Below are positions 21,393 through 30,238 of a stretch of 57,842 nucleotides of DNA, piece after piece. The stretch lies in assembly GCA_965365535.1 (NCBI GenBank), contig CBDUCD010000001.1, forward strand, positions 1-57,842. The letters are read 5' to 3'. The position numbers and the translations under genes were made by a program. How positions within the stretch are numbered: position 1 is the stretch's first letter; every line of letters begins with the position of its first letter. Source of the stretch: an uncultured Rhodothermales bacterium. GTDB lineage: Bacteria > Bacteroidota > Rhodothermia > Rhodothermales > BA12. The notes under the pieces are model-generated. The model was not told the origin of the DNA. It made no database searches and saw only the letters and a program-made list of their open reading frames with translations.

Positions 21393-23570
21393 TCAGCGGA
21401 TGATGACGAACTTGCGGTACGTGGTGTCGCCTTTCTGGAAAAGCTGCTCGCCCGTGTTCTGATCTACGATGTCTTCCGTCACGGTGATGACGGCGATGTA
21501 CACGCCCGAGACGACGACCTGCCGCGAGGCGGTCGTGTGGTCCCAGAACGCGTCGCCGGCGCCGTTGCTGTGCTCGATGCTATCTACGAGCTCGCCCAGC
21601 TCGGTGTAGATGTCGATGCGGCACTGGCCGGGGACGTTGTAAAAGGCCAGCTTGTCCGTCTGGTCGAAAAAGCGGGGCGAGTTGGTGGCGCGCGAGCCGC
21701 CGGGCGAGCCGATGTAGAACGGGTTGGGCACGATGCGCACCGCTTCCATGCCCCGGCCCTGCGGGCGCTGGAGCTGGGCGGGGGTGTAGGTCTGCGCGTA
21801 GTAGCGCGAGCTGCGCAAAAGCCGCCCCGCCGGCACGCCCGAGTTGCCGCTGGTGGTACCGTCCGTGGCGACGAGGTAGTAGAAGTAGTTGATGCCGCGC
21901 TTGGGCGTCAGGTCGTCAAACGAGCGCTCGCCACCGCCCGCGGTGTGGATAAGCTGGTAGTCCTCGTCGTAATCCGTCTCGGAGCGGTAAATCTCGAAGC
22001 CGTTGGGGCTTTCGCCCGGGTACACGTCCCACGCGAGCGAGATGCGGTCGCCGCCGCTGTTGACGGTGAACTGGCTGGGCGGGTTGGGCGGGCGCTGGAT
22101 GGTGACGTCGCCGTTGTTGTAGCCGGCAATGGCGCGGTTGAAGGTCTGGAAAAGGGAGTCGCGCGAGGTAAAGACCCACTCGTTCTTGGTTTTGCCGCCG
22201 ACGCCGTTGATGGTGACGGGCAGCACGCCGGCAGGCGTGTCGCGCGTGGCGGGCGGCGCCGCCTTGTAGGCTTCGCCGATGCGCTTGTTGGCCTCGCGGC
22301 TCAGCCCCGCCCCCGCCTCGGCCATCACGATGCGGATGCTCTGGCCGGGCGCCAGCGTGTACGGCCCGAAGCCCATCGCGCTCGAGGCGCCGCCGGACTT
22401 GCTCTGCGCCGGGTCTTTCGTGGGGTACATGAAGCCCGGCAGCCCTTCGGGCTCGACCACGTAGGCGTGCCGCGTGGTGGCGTCGGTCGTCATGAAGTTG
22501 TAGTCCTCGATCATCTTGTTTTCCGAGAACGGGTCGCGGCTGGAGAGAAACTGCTCGTCCGAGTCGAAATACTTCATCACGAAAGGCTGCGCCGGGTCGT
22601 CGGCCTGGGCGCCGGCCGAGGCGTCGGCGTGGAGCACGACGGTTCCGACGAACTGCGAGGCGCCCAGCCGCCCCAGCGTGTCGGACGCGGCAATCTGGAC
22701 GGCGGGCACGCCCTCGCGCAGAATGGGGCCGCCCAGGTTGTTGTACGTGATGGCCGGGTTGCGCCCGGGGAAGTAGCCGTGCCACGAGAACATGGCGCGG
22801 AAGTCCTGGTCGGTCGTGCCGTACTGCGCGTCCAGTCCGTCGCCGCGCGCGTCCACCATGTTGTTAATGCCCCAGCCCGTCTGGTTGCCGATGAGGTAGC
22901 GGGTTTCCTTGGCCACCGACCAGCGCCACTGCCAGAAAAACACCACGTCTTCAAGCGTCTGATTGGGCAGCTCGATTTCCTCATCCCCGTCGGTATTGCC
23001 CGTGTTGGTGAAGATGTATTCGAGCACGTGGTAGTTGTCGTGGTACTCGTTGGAGAACTGGTAGATGTTGCGCTGCATGGTAACGCCCAGCAGCGTGTTG
23101 ACGGTCGAGAAGATGGCGCGGTCGGAGATCAGGTCGGGGTCCACGCGGTCGTTGACCATGCCCGCGTCGGGCTCCGACACGTCGCCGTCCACGAGCACGA
23201 CGGGCGGCTCGTAGCGCGAGACCATCTCGAACTTGACGGGGAAAAACTCGCCCACGCCCGTGCCGCGCGGCCCCACGTGGACGACGCGCACGGGAAACGT
23301 GGTGCCCTCCGGCCCGGTCACGTTTTTGGCGCCAATCCAGAAGCCCTTTGCGGCCTGCATGTCGGTGTAGCGGTAGATGCCGGGCCAGCGCATCCCGTAC
23401 TGCTGTTCTTTGATAAAGCCCTCCTCGATCTCGCTGCCGACGGCCGAGTACCAGTTGTGGAGCGAGCCCGCCGAGAGCCACTTGACGTCGAACTGCGCGC
23501 GGGCCGGCAGGGCAGCGCCCAGCCACAGCAGAATCAGAAAAAGGCGGAGCAGCGTGGAGACGCGTTGCAT
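21393..23570 (-). CDS. secreted 725-aa protein of unknown function, FN3-like domain plus atypical T9SS-like C-terminal beta-sandwich ending FVIIR
   Basis: C-terminal 725 codons of ORF 21393..23846. The start was moved to ATG 23570-23568, giving a clean signal peptide MQRVSTLLRLFLILLWLGAALPARAQ. It is a full-length paralogue of the 53079..55208 product. Confidence 0.7.
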   Translation of the reverse strand: MQRVSTLLRLFLILLWLGAALPARAQFDVKWLSAGSLHNWYSAVGSEIEEGFIKEQQYGMRWPGIYRYTDMQAAKGFWIGAKNVTGPEGTTFPVRVVHVGPRGTGVGEFFPVKFEMVSRYEPPVVLVDGDVSEPDAGMVNDRVDPDLISDRAIFSTVNTLLGVTMQRNIYQFSNEYHDNYHVLEYIFTNTGNTDGDEEIELPNQTLEDVVFFWQWRWSVAKETRYLIGNQTGWGINNMVDARGDGLDAQYGTTDQDFRAMFSWHGYFPGRNPAITYNNLGGPILREGVPAVQIAASDTLGRLGASQFVGTVVLHADASAGAQADDPAQPFVMKYFDSDEQFLSSRDPFSENKMIEDYNFMTTDATTRHAYVVEPEGLPGFMYPTKDPAQSKSGGASSAMGFGPYTLAPGQSIRIVMAEAGAGLSREANKRIGEAYKAAPPATRDTPAGVLPVTINGVGGKTKNEWVFTSRDSLFQTFNRAIAGYNNGDVTIQRPPNPPSQFTVNSGGDRISLAWDVYPGESPNGFEIYRSETDYDEDYQLIHTAGGGERSFDDLTPKRGINYFYYLVATDGTTSGNSGVPAGRLLRSSRYYAQTYTPAQLQRPQGRGMEAVRIVPNPFYIGSPGGSRATNSPRFFDQTDKLAFYNVPGQCRIDIYTELGELVDSIEHSNGAGDAFWDHTTASRQVVVSGVYIAVITVTEDIVDQNTGEQLFQKGDTTYRKFVIIR

Positions 23571-23604
23571 GGGTGTAGTCGTAGAAGCCTGAGCAGTCCG
23601 GGCG

Positions 23605-26600
23605 TTACAGGTTGATGCGCAGACCGAAGTAAACATCGCGGGGGTTGAGAAAGGTGAGGAATCCCTGGTTGGGCATGTCGATGTACGCCTTGTCCTTGAG
23701 CACGCGGTCCACCTTGCTCTGGTCTGCCGCCACCCACGCGCCGCCCTTGAACTCGAGGTACGACTGCGAGGCGCGCTCGTAGTAGAGCCGGTCGGCGCGC
23801 GGCGCGGTGACGGCCCCGCGCTCGGCCGCGATCTCGATGGGCACAAACGCGACGCCGGGCTTGCGGTAGTCGCCCGGGCGGTCTTTGCCGGGGATGTTTT
23901 GGTACTCGTTGGCGCGCTCGGGCAGGTGCAGCGACCGCATGTAGTCGAGGTAGTCGCCGCCGTCGGAGGCGCCGCTGAAGGAGAGGTAGCGCTGGTTGAA
24001 CAGGTTATCCACGTCGAGGTAGAGCGCCACGCGCCGCCGCCCGACGGTGAACTCCTTGCTCAGCCGCATCTCGACATTCGTGTAGTCCTTGAACTGCACG
24101 TTGTTGACGACGCCCTCGATCGAGCCGCCGCCCGTCCACGTAAAGTAGCGGCCCGCCTGCCAGCGCCCCAGCAGCGACAGCTGCACCCCACCGAGGGGGT
24201 TGACGCCGCCCCACGCGGGCCCGAAGGCGTCGGGCGAGGTAAAGACGAGGTTGATGCGCCCGTAGGGCTGCGGCACGGGCTTCGACTGGGCCTGCCGGCG
24301 CAGCGCGTCCGACTTTTCCTGCTCGCGCTGCGTGGTCGTGTTCTCGTAGTACGTGGGCAGCCCGAAGCGGCCCGACGTGCTCACCATGTAGGTGTAGTTG
24401 ACGAAGCCGCGCACCCACCGCCCCCGGTCGCGGGCAAAGGAAAGCTCGAAGCCGCGAATGTCGGCGTACGAGTTGGGCTCGGACTTCGAGTAGGACACGT
24501 TGCCGCTGCGCGCGTTGTAGGTGACGAGCAGCGGGTCGAGCGAGAGGTCTTTGTAGTAGCCCGCCACGCGCACCAGAAACTGGTTGAAAAGCGAGTGCTC
24601 GTAGCCCAGCTCGTACGCAATCGTCTTGGGCAGCGGCGCGTTCGGGTCGGCCACGCGCGTGACGGCGTTCGTGGCCGTCTCGTAGCGCACCAGGAACAGG
24701 TTGTTGGGGTCGGGAAGCTGCCGGAAGTGGCCGTAGTTGAAGTACAGCTTCGAGAACGTCGTCACGGGGAACGACACGCCCAGGCGCGGACTCAGCGTCA
24801 CGAGCTTTTTGGTGGGCGACTGCGCGATGGTGTCGAAGCGGGCCAGGTTGGCAAACGACGGGTCGAAAAGGCTGTAATCGTACCACTTGCCGCCCGCGTT
24901 GAAATAGTCGAGGCGCAGGCCCGGGTTGGCCACCAGCCCCTTGAACTCCAGCTTGGCCTGCAAGTAAGCCGCCGACCGCGCGGGCGTCTTGTCCCACGCC
25001 GCCACGAAGTTGTTGGTGGGCAGGAAAGCGTCGTAGGCGCCGTAGTTGACGCGGCTGTCGGAGAGGTTGACCTCGACGCCCGTTTTGACTTCGAGAAAGC
25101 GGTTCATCTGCCGCGTAAAGTCCGCCTTGACGTTGTAGGCGACGACGCGGCTCGTGTCGCGGGCGTTGCTCATGCCCACGCCCATGCGCAGCCCGTCCAC
25201 GCCCGTGCTCGGGTTGGGCATAAAGCCAAAGGGCCCCTCGTCAAAGCTGACGCCGCCAAAGGAGACGACTTTCGTCGTGTCGCGCAGCGGGCCGGGGTGG
25301 GTGTCGTAAAACGAGGCGTAGCGCGTAAAGCGGATCTCGTAGAACGACTTGTCGTCGAGGGCGTGCGAAAACTTGGCGCCCAGCATAAAGTCGCGCGAGC
25401 GCGTGGGCGCCCAGTAGTCGGTCGAAAAGATGCGCGAGTCAATAAAGCCGACGCCCGAGCCGCACGAGGTGGACATCTGGCACGCGATGCCGTCGGCGGA
25501 CGAGAAGATGCCCGTGCCGCCCGTGCGCGAGGCCGCCGTGCCCTTGGCGTTGCCGTAAAGCCCCTCAACCGTCAGCTTCATGCCGCGCGCCACGTCGCTC
25601 GTGAGCTTGACGTGGCCCGAGCGCTGGAGAAAGCGGTCGGTGTTGAGCGGGATGAGGTACATGTTCTGCTCCTCGCGGTAGGACGCGTAGAAGCGCGTCC
25701 GCCCCCAGCGGTTGAGCAGCGGCACCGGCCCGCCAAAGCCCACGTCCGCCACGTAGTCCGGCTGGTTGATTTTCATCACCTTGCGGTGCTGCCAGAGAAA
25801 CGCCTGGTAGAGCGCCTCGGGCGTCATGTCGTTGCTGGGGTCGTTGTCTTTGAGCAGGTTTTCGGAAGCGGCAATCCAGCCGTTGAACTCGGGGTACTGC
25901 CGCCGCGTGTCCTCGTCCCAGGCGCCGCTTTTGGTGCCCGTGAAGGCCACCGCCGGGTCGGTGTAGGGCCTGATCCAGTACGAGTTGGGGTCGTTGGCCG
26001 AGCCGTCGAAGTTTTTGTCGGCGGGCGGGCTGTAGCGGATCGAGGCGTCAATCTCGAAGCGCGTCGGGTCGCCTTCTTTCGTGACCACGTTGATGACGCC
26101 CGAGCGGACGTTGCCGTACTCGGCGTTGAAGCCGCTCGTGACCACCTGCACCTCCTGCACGGACGAGAGGGGGATGCTCGTAAAGGGCGCGTTCGAGCGC
26201 TCGTCGCGCAGCGTGAGGCCGTTGACGTTGAAGGAGAGTTCGTCCGAGCCGCTGCCTCGGATGCTCAGGCCCTGCGCGCCCGCGAGCAGCCCCACGGCGC
26301 TCGACACGCTCGAGATGGGCAGGCTCTCGATCTGCTCGCTCGTCACGTTGGCCTGCGACGAGGCCACGTCCACCTCGACGACGGGCCGCGTGGCCGTCAC
26401 GATCACGTCGCCCTCGATGCCCAGCGCCTCCTCGCGCATGGCGATGTCGAGCGTCGTCGTCTGCCCGATGTTGACGCGCACGTCCTCGACCACGTTGTCG
26501 GCGTAGCCGATGTACGAGGCGCGGATGGTGAGCGTGCCCGGGCGCACGTTGAGAATGGTGTAGTAGCCGTCGAGGCCCGTGGCCGTGCCCTGCGTCGTGC

Positions 26601-26748
26601 CGTCAATGCGGACGTTGACGCCGGGCAGGGCCTCGCCCGTGGCGGCATCGGTAACGCGGCCCGCGATCTTGCCCGTCTGGGCGGCCAGCGTGGGGGCGAG
26701 AACCAGCGACAGCAGCAGGGCGGCGGCCCGTACGTAACGTTGCGTCAT
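23605..26748 (-). CDS. TonB-dependent receptor with N-terminal carboxypeptidase-regulatory-like domain (not SusC/RagA type)
   Basis: C-terminal 1047 codons of ORF 23605..27945. The start was moved to ATG 26748-26746 (signal peptide MTQRYVRAAALLLSLVLAPTLAAQ). GKIAGRVTDAATGEALPGVNVRIDGT..G..T...G.Y.I.NV.PG.....ASYIGY is the CarboxypepD_reg pattern. The plug reads ...LSIRGSGSDELSFNVNGLTLRDE....VQVVTSGFNAEYGN.RSGVINVVTKEG. The barrel is long. Confidence 0.88.
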   Translation of the reverse strand: MTQRYVRAAALLLSLVLAPTLAAQTGKIAGRVTDAATGEALPGVNVRIDGTTQGTATGLDGYYTILNVRPGTLTIRASYIGYADNVVEDVRVNIGQTTTLDIAMREEALGIEGDVIVTATRPVVEVDVASSQANVTSEQIESLPISSVSSAVGLLAGAQGLSIRGSGSDELSFNVNGLTLRDERSNAPFTSIPLSSVQEVQVVTSGFNAEYGNVRSGVINVVTKEGDPTRFEIDASIRYSPPADKNFDGSANDPNSYWIRPYTDPAVAFTGTKSGAWDEDTRRQYPEFNGWIAASENLLKDNDPSNDMTPEALYQAFLWQHRKVMKINQPDYVADVGFGGPVPLLNRWGRTRFYASYREEQNMYLIPLNTDRFLQRSGHVKLTSDVARGMKLTVEGLYGNAKGTAASRTGGTGIFSSADGIACQMSTSCGSGVGFIDSRIFSTDYWAPTRSRDFMLGAKFSHALDDKSFYEIRFTRYASFYDTHPGPLRDTTKVVSFGGVSFDEGPFGFMPNPSTGVDGLRMGVGMSNARDTSRVVAYNVKADFTRQMNRFLEVKTGVEVNLSDSRVNYGAYDAFLPTNNFVAAWDKTPARSAAYLQAKLEFKGLVANPGLRLDYFNAGGKWYDYSLFDPSFANLARFDTIAQSPTKKLVTLSPRLGVSFPVTTFSKLYFNYGHFRQLPDPNNLFLVRYETATNAVTRVADPNAPLPKTIAYELGYEHSLFNQFLVRVAGYYKDLSLDPLLVTYNARSGNVSYSKSEPNSYADIRGFELSFARDRGRWVRGFVNYTYMVSTSGRFGLPTYYENTTTQREQEKSDALRRQAQSKPVPQPYGRINLVFTSPDAFGPAWGGVNPLGGVQLSLLGRWQAGRYFTWTGGGSIEGVVNNVQFKDYTNVEMRLSKEFTVGRRRVALYLDVDNLFNQRYLSFSGASDGGDYLDYMRSLHLPERANEYQNIPGKDRPGDYRKPGVAFVPIEIAAERGAVTAPRADRLYYERASQSYLEFKGGAWVAADQSKVDRVLKDKAYIDMPNQGFLTFLNPRDVYFGLRINL

Positions 26749-26870
26749 GACTGTGCAGAGGAAAACCGGCGGGAAAGCGCTTTTGTGAAGACGCGCGCCA
26801 AAGGTACGGTATGAGAGGCTGTCGGGGAAAGGCAGAAGTGCGGGCAAACCCCTCAGGAAAGGGCAGAAAA

Positions 26871-27500
26871 CTATCCCCCGAGGCCGATTTGCACCAGGAA
26901 GTGCGGCACGATGCCGGGCTGCAAAAGCAGCGTCAGCACGAGCCCGCCGAGGGCGCCGCCCAGGTGCGCCTCGTGCGCGATGCCGCCGAGGGCGCCCGCC
27001 TCGCGCCCCTGCTTCATGGCGTAGATGGAGCCAAAGACGTACACGATGGCGAACAGCCACGCGGGCATGGGAATGACGAACAGCACGCCCAGCATGGCCG
27101 TCGGCGCAAACAGGCAGAACGAGAACACGACGCCCGAGATGGCGCCCGAAGCGCCCACGGCGGCGTAATTCGGGTTGCGCCGGTGCATCAAGACGCTCAG
27201 CGCATTGGCCGCCAGCTCCGACCCGAAATAGAGCAGCAGAAACCGCCCCGGCCCCATCACGCTCTCCAGTGGCGGCCCGAAAAAGTAGAGCGTGATCATG
27301 TTGAACAGCAGGTGCGTAATGCTGCCGTGCACGAATCCCGCCGTGAAAAGCCGCTCCCACGCCCGGTTGCGCACCACGTCGAAAGGCACGAGCGCCAGCC
27401 TTTCGAGGGCGCGCGGATTCACCATCAGTACATACAAGCTTACGGCCACATTCACGGCCAGCAGCAGCAGCGTGGCGGGCGCGCCGGTGAGGTTCAGCAT
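26871..27500 (-). CDS. rhomboid-family intramembrane serine protease
   Basis: 209 aa, polytopic. ...FVHGSITHLLFNM..L..FG...E...G......VGASGAISGV... with a downstream H in ...IAHEAHLGGALGG (Ser/His dyad context). Confidence 0.85.
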   Translation of the reverse strand: MLNLTGAPATLLLLAVNVAVSLYVLMVNPRALERLALVPFDVVRNRAWERLFTAGFVHGSITHLLFNMITLYFFGPPLESVMGPGRFLLLYFGSELAANALSVLMHRRNPNYAAVGASGAISGVVFSFCLFAPTAMLGVLFVIPMPAWLFAIVYVFGSIYAMKQGREAGALGGIAHEAHLGGALGGLVLTLLLQPGIVPHFLVQIGLGG

Positions 27501-27503
27501 TGC

Positions 27504-28202
27504 TCAGGCCCCCGCAAAGTGGTGGATGACCGACTCGAACAGCGGCCGCCCGTCCGCCGTGCCGATGGCGGCCTCGACGTGCCGCTCGGGGTGCGGCATC
27601 ATGCCCAGCACGTTGCCGCCGGCGTTCACGATGCCCGCGATGTCGCGCGCCGAGCCGTTGGGGTTGGCCGCGTCGCTGCGCACTCCTTTTGAATTGCAAT
27701 AGCGGAAAACGACCTGCCCCTCCCCTTCCAGCCGGTCGAGGGTTTCGTCGTCGGCGTAGTAGCGCCCGTCGCCGTGGGCAATGGGGATGTCGAGCACCTG
27801 CCCCTTTTCGATGGCGTGCGTAAACGGCGTCTGATTGTTCTCGACGCGCAGAAACTGGTTTTTGCAGCGGAAGCGCAGCCCGGCGTTGCGGCCCAGCGCG
27901 CCGGGCAACAGGCCCGCCTCGCACAGCATCTGGAAGCCGTTGCACACGCCCAGCACCAGTCCGCCCTTCCGGGCAAACCGCACCACGTCCTGCATGATGG
28001 GCGAAAAGCGGGCGAGGGCGCCGCTGCGCAGGTAGTCGCCATACGAAAAGCCGCCCGGCAGGGCGACGAGGTCCACGCCGGCGGGCAGGGCGGCGTCTTT
28101 GTGCCAGACAAACGTGGCCTCCTGCCCCATCACGTGCCCGAAGGCGTGGTAGAGGTCGTGGTCGCAGTTGGAGCCGGGGAAAACGACGACGGCGGCGCGC
28201 AT
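27504..28202 (-). CDS. purQ: phosphoribosylformylglycinamidine synthase subunit PurQ
   Basis: C-terminal 232 codons of ORF 27504..29840. Start at ATG 28202-28200 ([16 protein letters not shown]...). [28 protein letters not shown] motifs. Confidence 0.93.
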   Translation of the reverse strand: MRAAVVVFPGSNCDHDLYHAFGHVMGQEATFVWHKDAALPAGVDLVALPGGFSYGDYLRSGALARFSPIMQDVVRFARKGGLVLGVCNGFQMLCEAGLLPGALGRNAGLRFRCKNQFLRVENNQTPFTHAIEKGQVLDIPIAHGDGRYYADDETLDRLEGEGQVVFRYCNSKGVRSDAANPNGSARDIAGIVNAGGNVLGMMPHPERHVEAAIGTADGRPLFESVIHHFAGA

Positions 28203-28288
28203 GGCGGGCGGGGCGGTTGGCGGGAAATCAGGCGTCAAACTACGATGCCTGGCGCGGCGGGCCGTGCGAAAAGTGGACGGCAGGCGCG

Positions 28289-29440
28289 TCAGCCGGGCAG
28301 GGCGTGGAGGGCGCCGCGCGTCTGCCGGACGGCCCACGCGGCGGCGGGCGGCGCCAGGCGCATCCCGCGCACGAGGGCGTCGGCGAGCGCGGGGCGGGTG
28401 AACAGGGCGTGGAGGGCGCGGCCCAGCAGCAGGCGCGGCGCAAAGGCGCGCCGCCACACCTGCCGGTACCGGCGCGCAAAGTCCATCTCGGACAGCGTGC
28501 CGTCGAGAAAGGCGAGGGCGAGCGGGGCGGCGCGGGCCGCGCTTTCGAGGGCCATCGCCATGCCGTCGCCGCAGAAGGGCGTAATCATGGCCGCCGTGTC
28601 GCCCACCATGCAGACGCCGTCGGCGAAAAGCCCTTTGGGGCGGAACGTCACCTGGGCCGTGGTTTCGTAGCGCCGCGACACGCGCCGCATCGCCGCGAGC
28701 CGGGCGCCCAGCAGCGCGTTGTGGCGGCCCGACTGGGCCACGAGCGCGTCGAGCCCGCCGGCCTTTTTGATGGCGCCCTCGTGCGTCAGCCAGCACACGT
28801 TCACCAGCCCGTCCTCGACGTGCGACAGGCCGCAGTAGCCGCCGGGCGTGGCGTGCATCTCGATGGCGTCGCCCAGGTCGAGGCCGCTGAAATGGGCTTT
28901 GAAGCCGACGAGGGGCGAGCGCTTCTGGAGAAACGGGCGCTCCAGCCGGGCGTCGAGGGCGGCGCGCTTGCCCCACGCGCCCAGCACGAGCCGCGCCCGC
29001 ACCTTTTCGCCGCCGGCCTCGACGGTAAACACGCCGTCCGCGCCCCGCGCGATGGCCGTCACCGCGCAGCCGTCGCGGGCCGTCGCGCCCACGGCCCGGG
29101 CGCGCTGGAAAAGCAGCGCGTCGAGGCGGTAGCGGCTGAAACCCGTCGCCGGGCGCGGCAGCGCCGTGGTGGCCTGCTGGCCCGAGGGCGCCGTCAGCAG
29201 GGCGTGGCGGATGGCGCGGGCGCCCGATGCCTGCACGTCTTCCCACACGCCCAGCGCGCCCAGCAGGCCGCCGGCTTCGGGCGAGAGGAATTCGCCGCAC
29301 AGCTTGTGCGCGGGGTAGCGCTGCTTTTCGGCCAGCAGCACGCGCGCGCCGGCGCGGGCGAGGTGGATGGCGAGGCTGCACCCGGCCAGCCCGCCGCCCA
29401 CGACGACGGCATCGTAAAAGGGCGTCGAGGGGGTTTCCAT
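28289..29440 (-). CDS. NAD(P)/FAD-dependent oxidoreductase (geranylgeranyl-reductase-like family)
   Basis: C-terminal 383 codons of ORF 28289..30040. Start at ATG 29440-29438 ([39 protein letters not shown] = GxGxxG FAD fold). ...GGYCGLS... and ...[20 protein letters not shown]. The ATGA overlap joins it to the upstream methyltransferase. Confidence 0.78.
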   Translation of the reverse strand: METPSTPFYDAVVVGGGLAGCSLAIHLARAGARVLLAEKQRYPAHKLCGEFLSPEAGGLLGALGVWEDVQASGARAIRHALLTAPSGQQATTALPRPATGFSRYRLDALLFQRARAVGATARDGCAVTAIARGADGVFTVEAGGEKVRARLVLGAWGKRAALDARLERPFLQKRSPLVGFKAHFSGLDLGDAIEMHATPGGYCGLSHVEDGLVNVCWLTHEGAIKKAGGLDALVAQSGRHNALLGARLAAMRRVSRRYETTAQVTFRPKGLFADGVCMVGDTAAMITPFCGDGMAMALESAARAAPLALAFLDGTLSEMDFARRYRQVWRRAFAPRLLLGRALHALFTRPALADALVRGMRLAPPAAAWAVRQTRGALHALPG

Positions 29441-30147
29441 CAGCCCGCGGTGACGAGCCAGCGGAACGCCCACCGCCAGCGAAAATGGCGCGGCACCAGG
29501 CCCGCGCGGGCGAAAAGGGCGGCAAGTTCGGCGCCGGTAAAAGCGCGCAAAACGGAGTGCGGCGCGTCCGACTGGAACATGGGCGACGTGGCAAAAAGGC
29601 GCCCGAGCAGCCCGATGGCGTAGTAGGCGACGGGGTGCCGGTGCAGGTCGTTGACGACGACGTGGCGGGCCACGCGCCGCATCTCGCGCAGCACGCGCGC
29701 GGCGTCCTCGTCGCCGAAATGGTGGAGAAAAAGGGCGGCGTGCGCCACGTCGAAGTGGCCGTCGGCAAAGGGAAGGGCAAAGGCGTCGCCTTCGCGGGCG
29801 TCGAGCTGCACGCCGGGCGCAGGCGGGCCGAGGCGGGCAAGGGCGCGGCGGGCGTAATCCACCGTCACGGGGTGCTTGTCCACGCCCGTCGCGTGGAGAT
29901 GGGTGCCCGTGCGCGCGGCCCACGCGCCCAGGGCGCGCAGAAAGTCGCCGCCGCCCATGCCCACGTCCAGCACGCGCCCGCCGCCGGGCGGCAGGCACGC
30001 GGCGACGGCCTCGACGGACGGCCCCGTGCCGCCCAGCCACCGGTTTACCGCCGTCAACTCGTCGAGGGCGCGCACCAGCCGCCAGTCGCCGATGGCGGGG
30101 TCGTCCATCATTTCGGGGTCGAGGTTGCGGCGGGAAAAGTCGGGCAT
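29440..30147 (-). CDS. class I SAM-dependent methyltransferase
   Basis: ORF 29440..30240. The start was moved to ATG 30147-30145 ([17 protein letters not shown]...). Motif I ..[12 protein letters not shown].. and ..[12 protein letters not shown]... Confidence 0.78.
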   Translation of the reverse strand: MPDFSRRNLDPEMMDDPAIGDWRLVRALDELTAVNRWLGGTGPSVEAVAACLPPGGGRVLDVGMGGGDFLRALGAWAARTGTHLHATGVDKHPVTVDYARRALARLGPPAPGVQLDAREGDAFALPFADGHFDVAHAALFLHHFGDEDAARVLREMRRVARHVVVNDLHRHPVAYYAIGLLGRLFATSPMFQSDAPHSVLRAFTGAELAALFARAGLVPRHFRWRWAFRWLVTAG

Positions 30148-30238
30148 GGCACGTAGAGCGGGGGGCCTGTTAGCGCGACGGGCGCGGGCTGTTCCACCTG
30201 CCCGAAACCTTTGCCCCAGCGGTGGCTTGGCGCGACGC

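Noticed and set aside
26749-26870. Possible riboswitch (for example cobalamin) in the 122-nt leader of the TonB-dependent receptor.
   Set aside because: Reading the minus strand, I found no B12-box-like element or other conserved riboswitch core and no convincing stem architecture. A covariance-model scan (Rfam) would settle it.
23605-27945. The 1446-aa ORF, which suggests a giant protein spanning the receptor, rhomboid and purQ region. Similar 5' extensions occur in ORFs 21393..23846, 27504..29840, 28289..30040, 30211..33588, 36751..41112, 41107..43074, 44084..45433 and 50361..52157.
   Set aside because: The upstream parts are low-complexity and overlap independent genes in other frames. 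In each case an internal ATG/GTG yields a clean signal peptide or the canonical N-terminus of the family, so the starts were moved.
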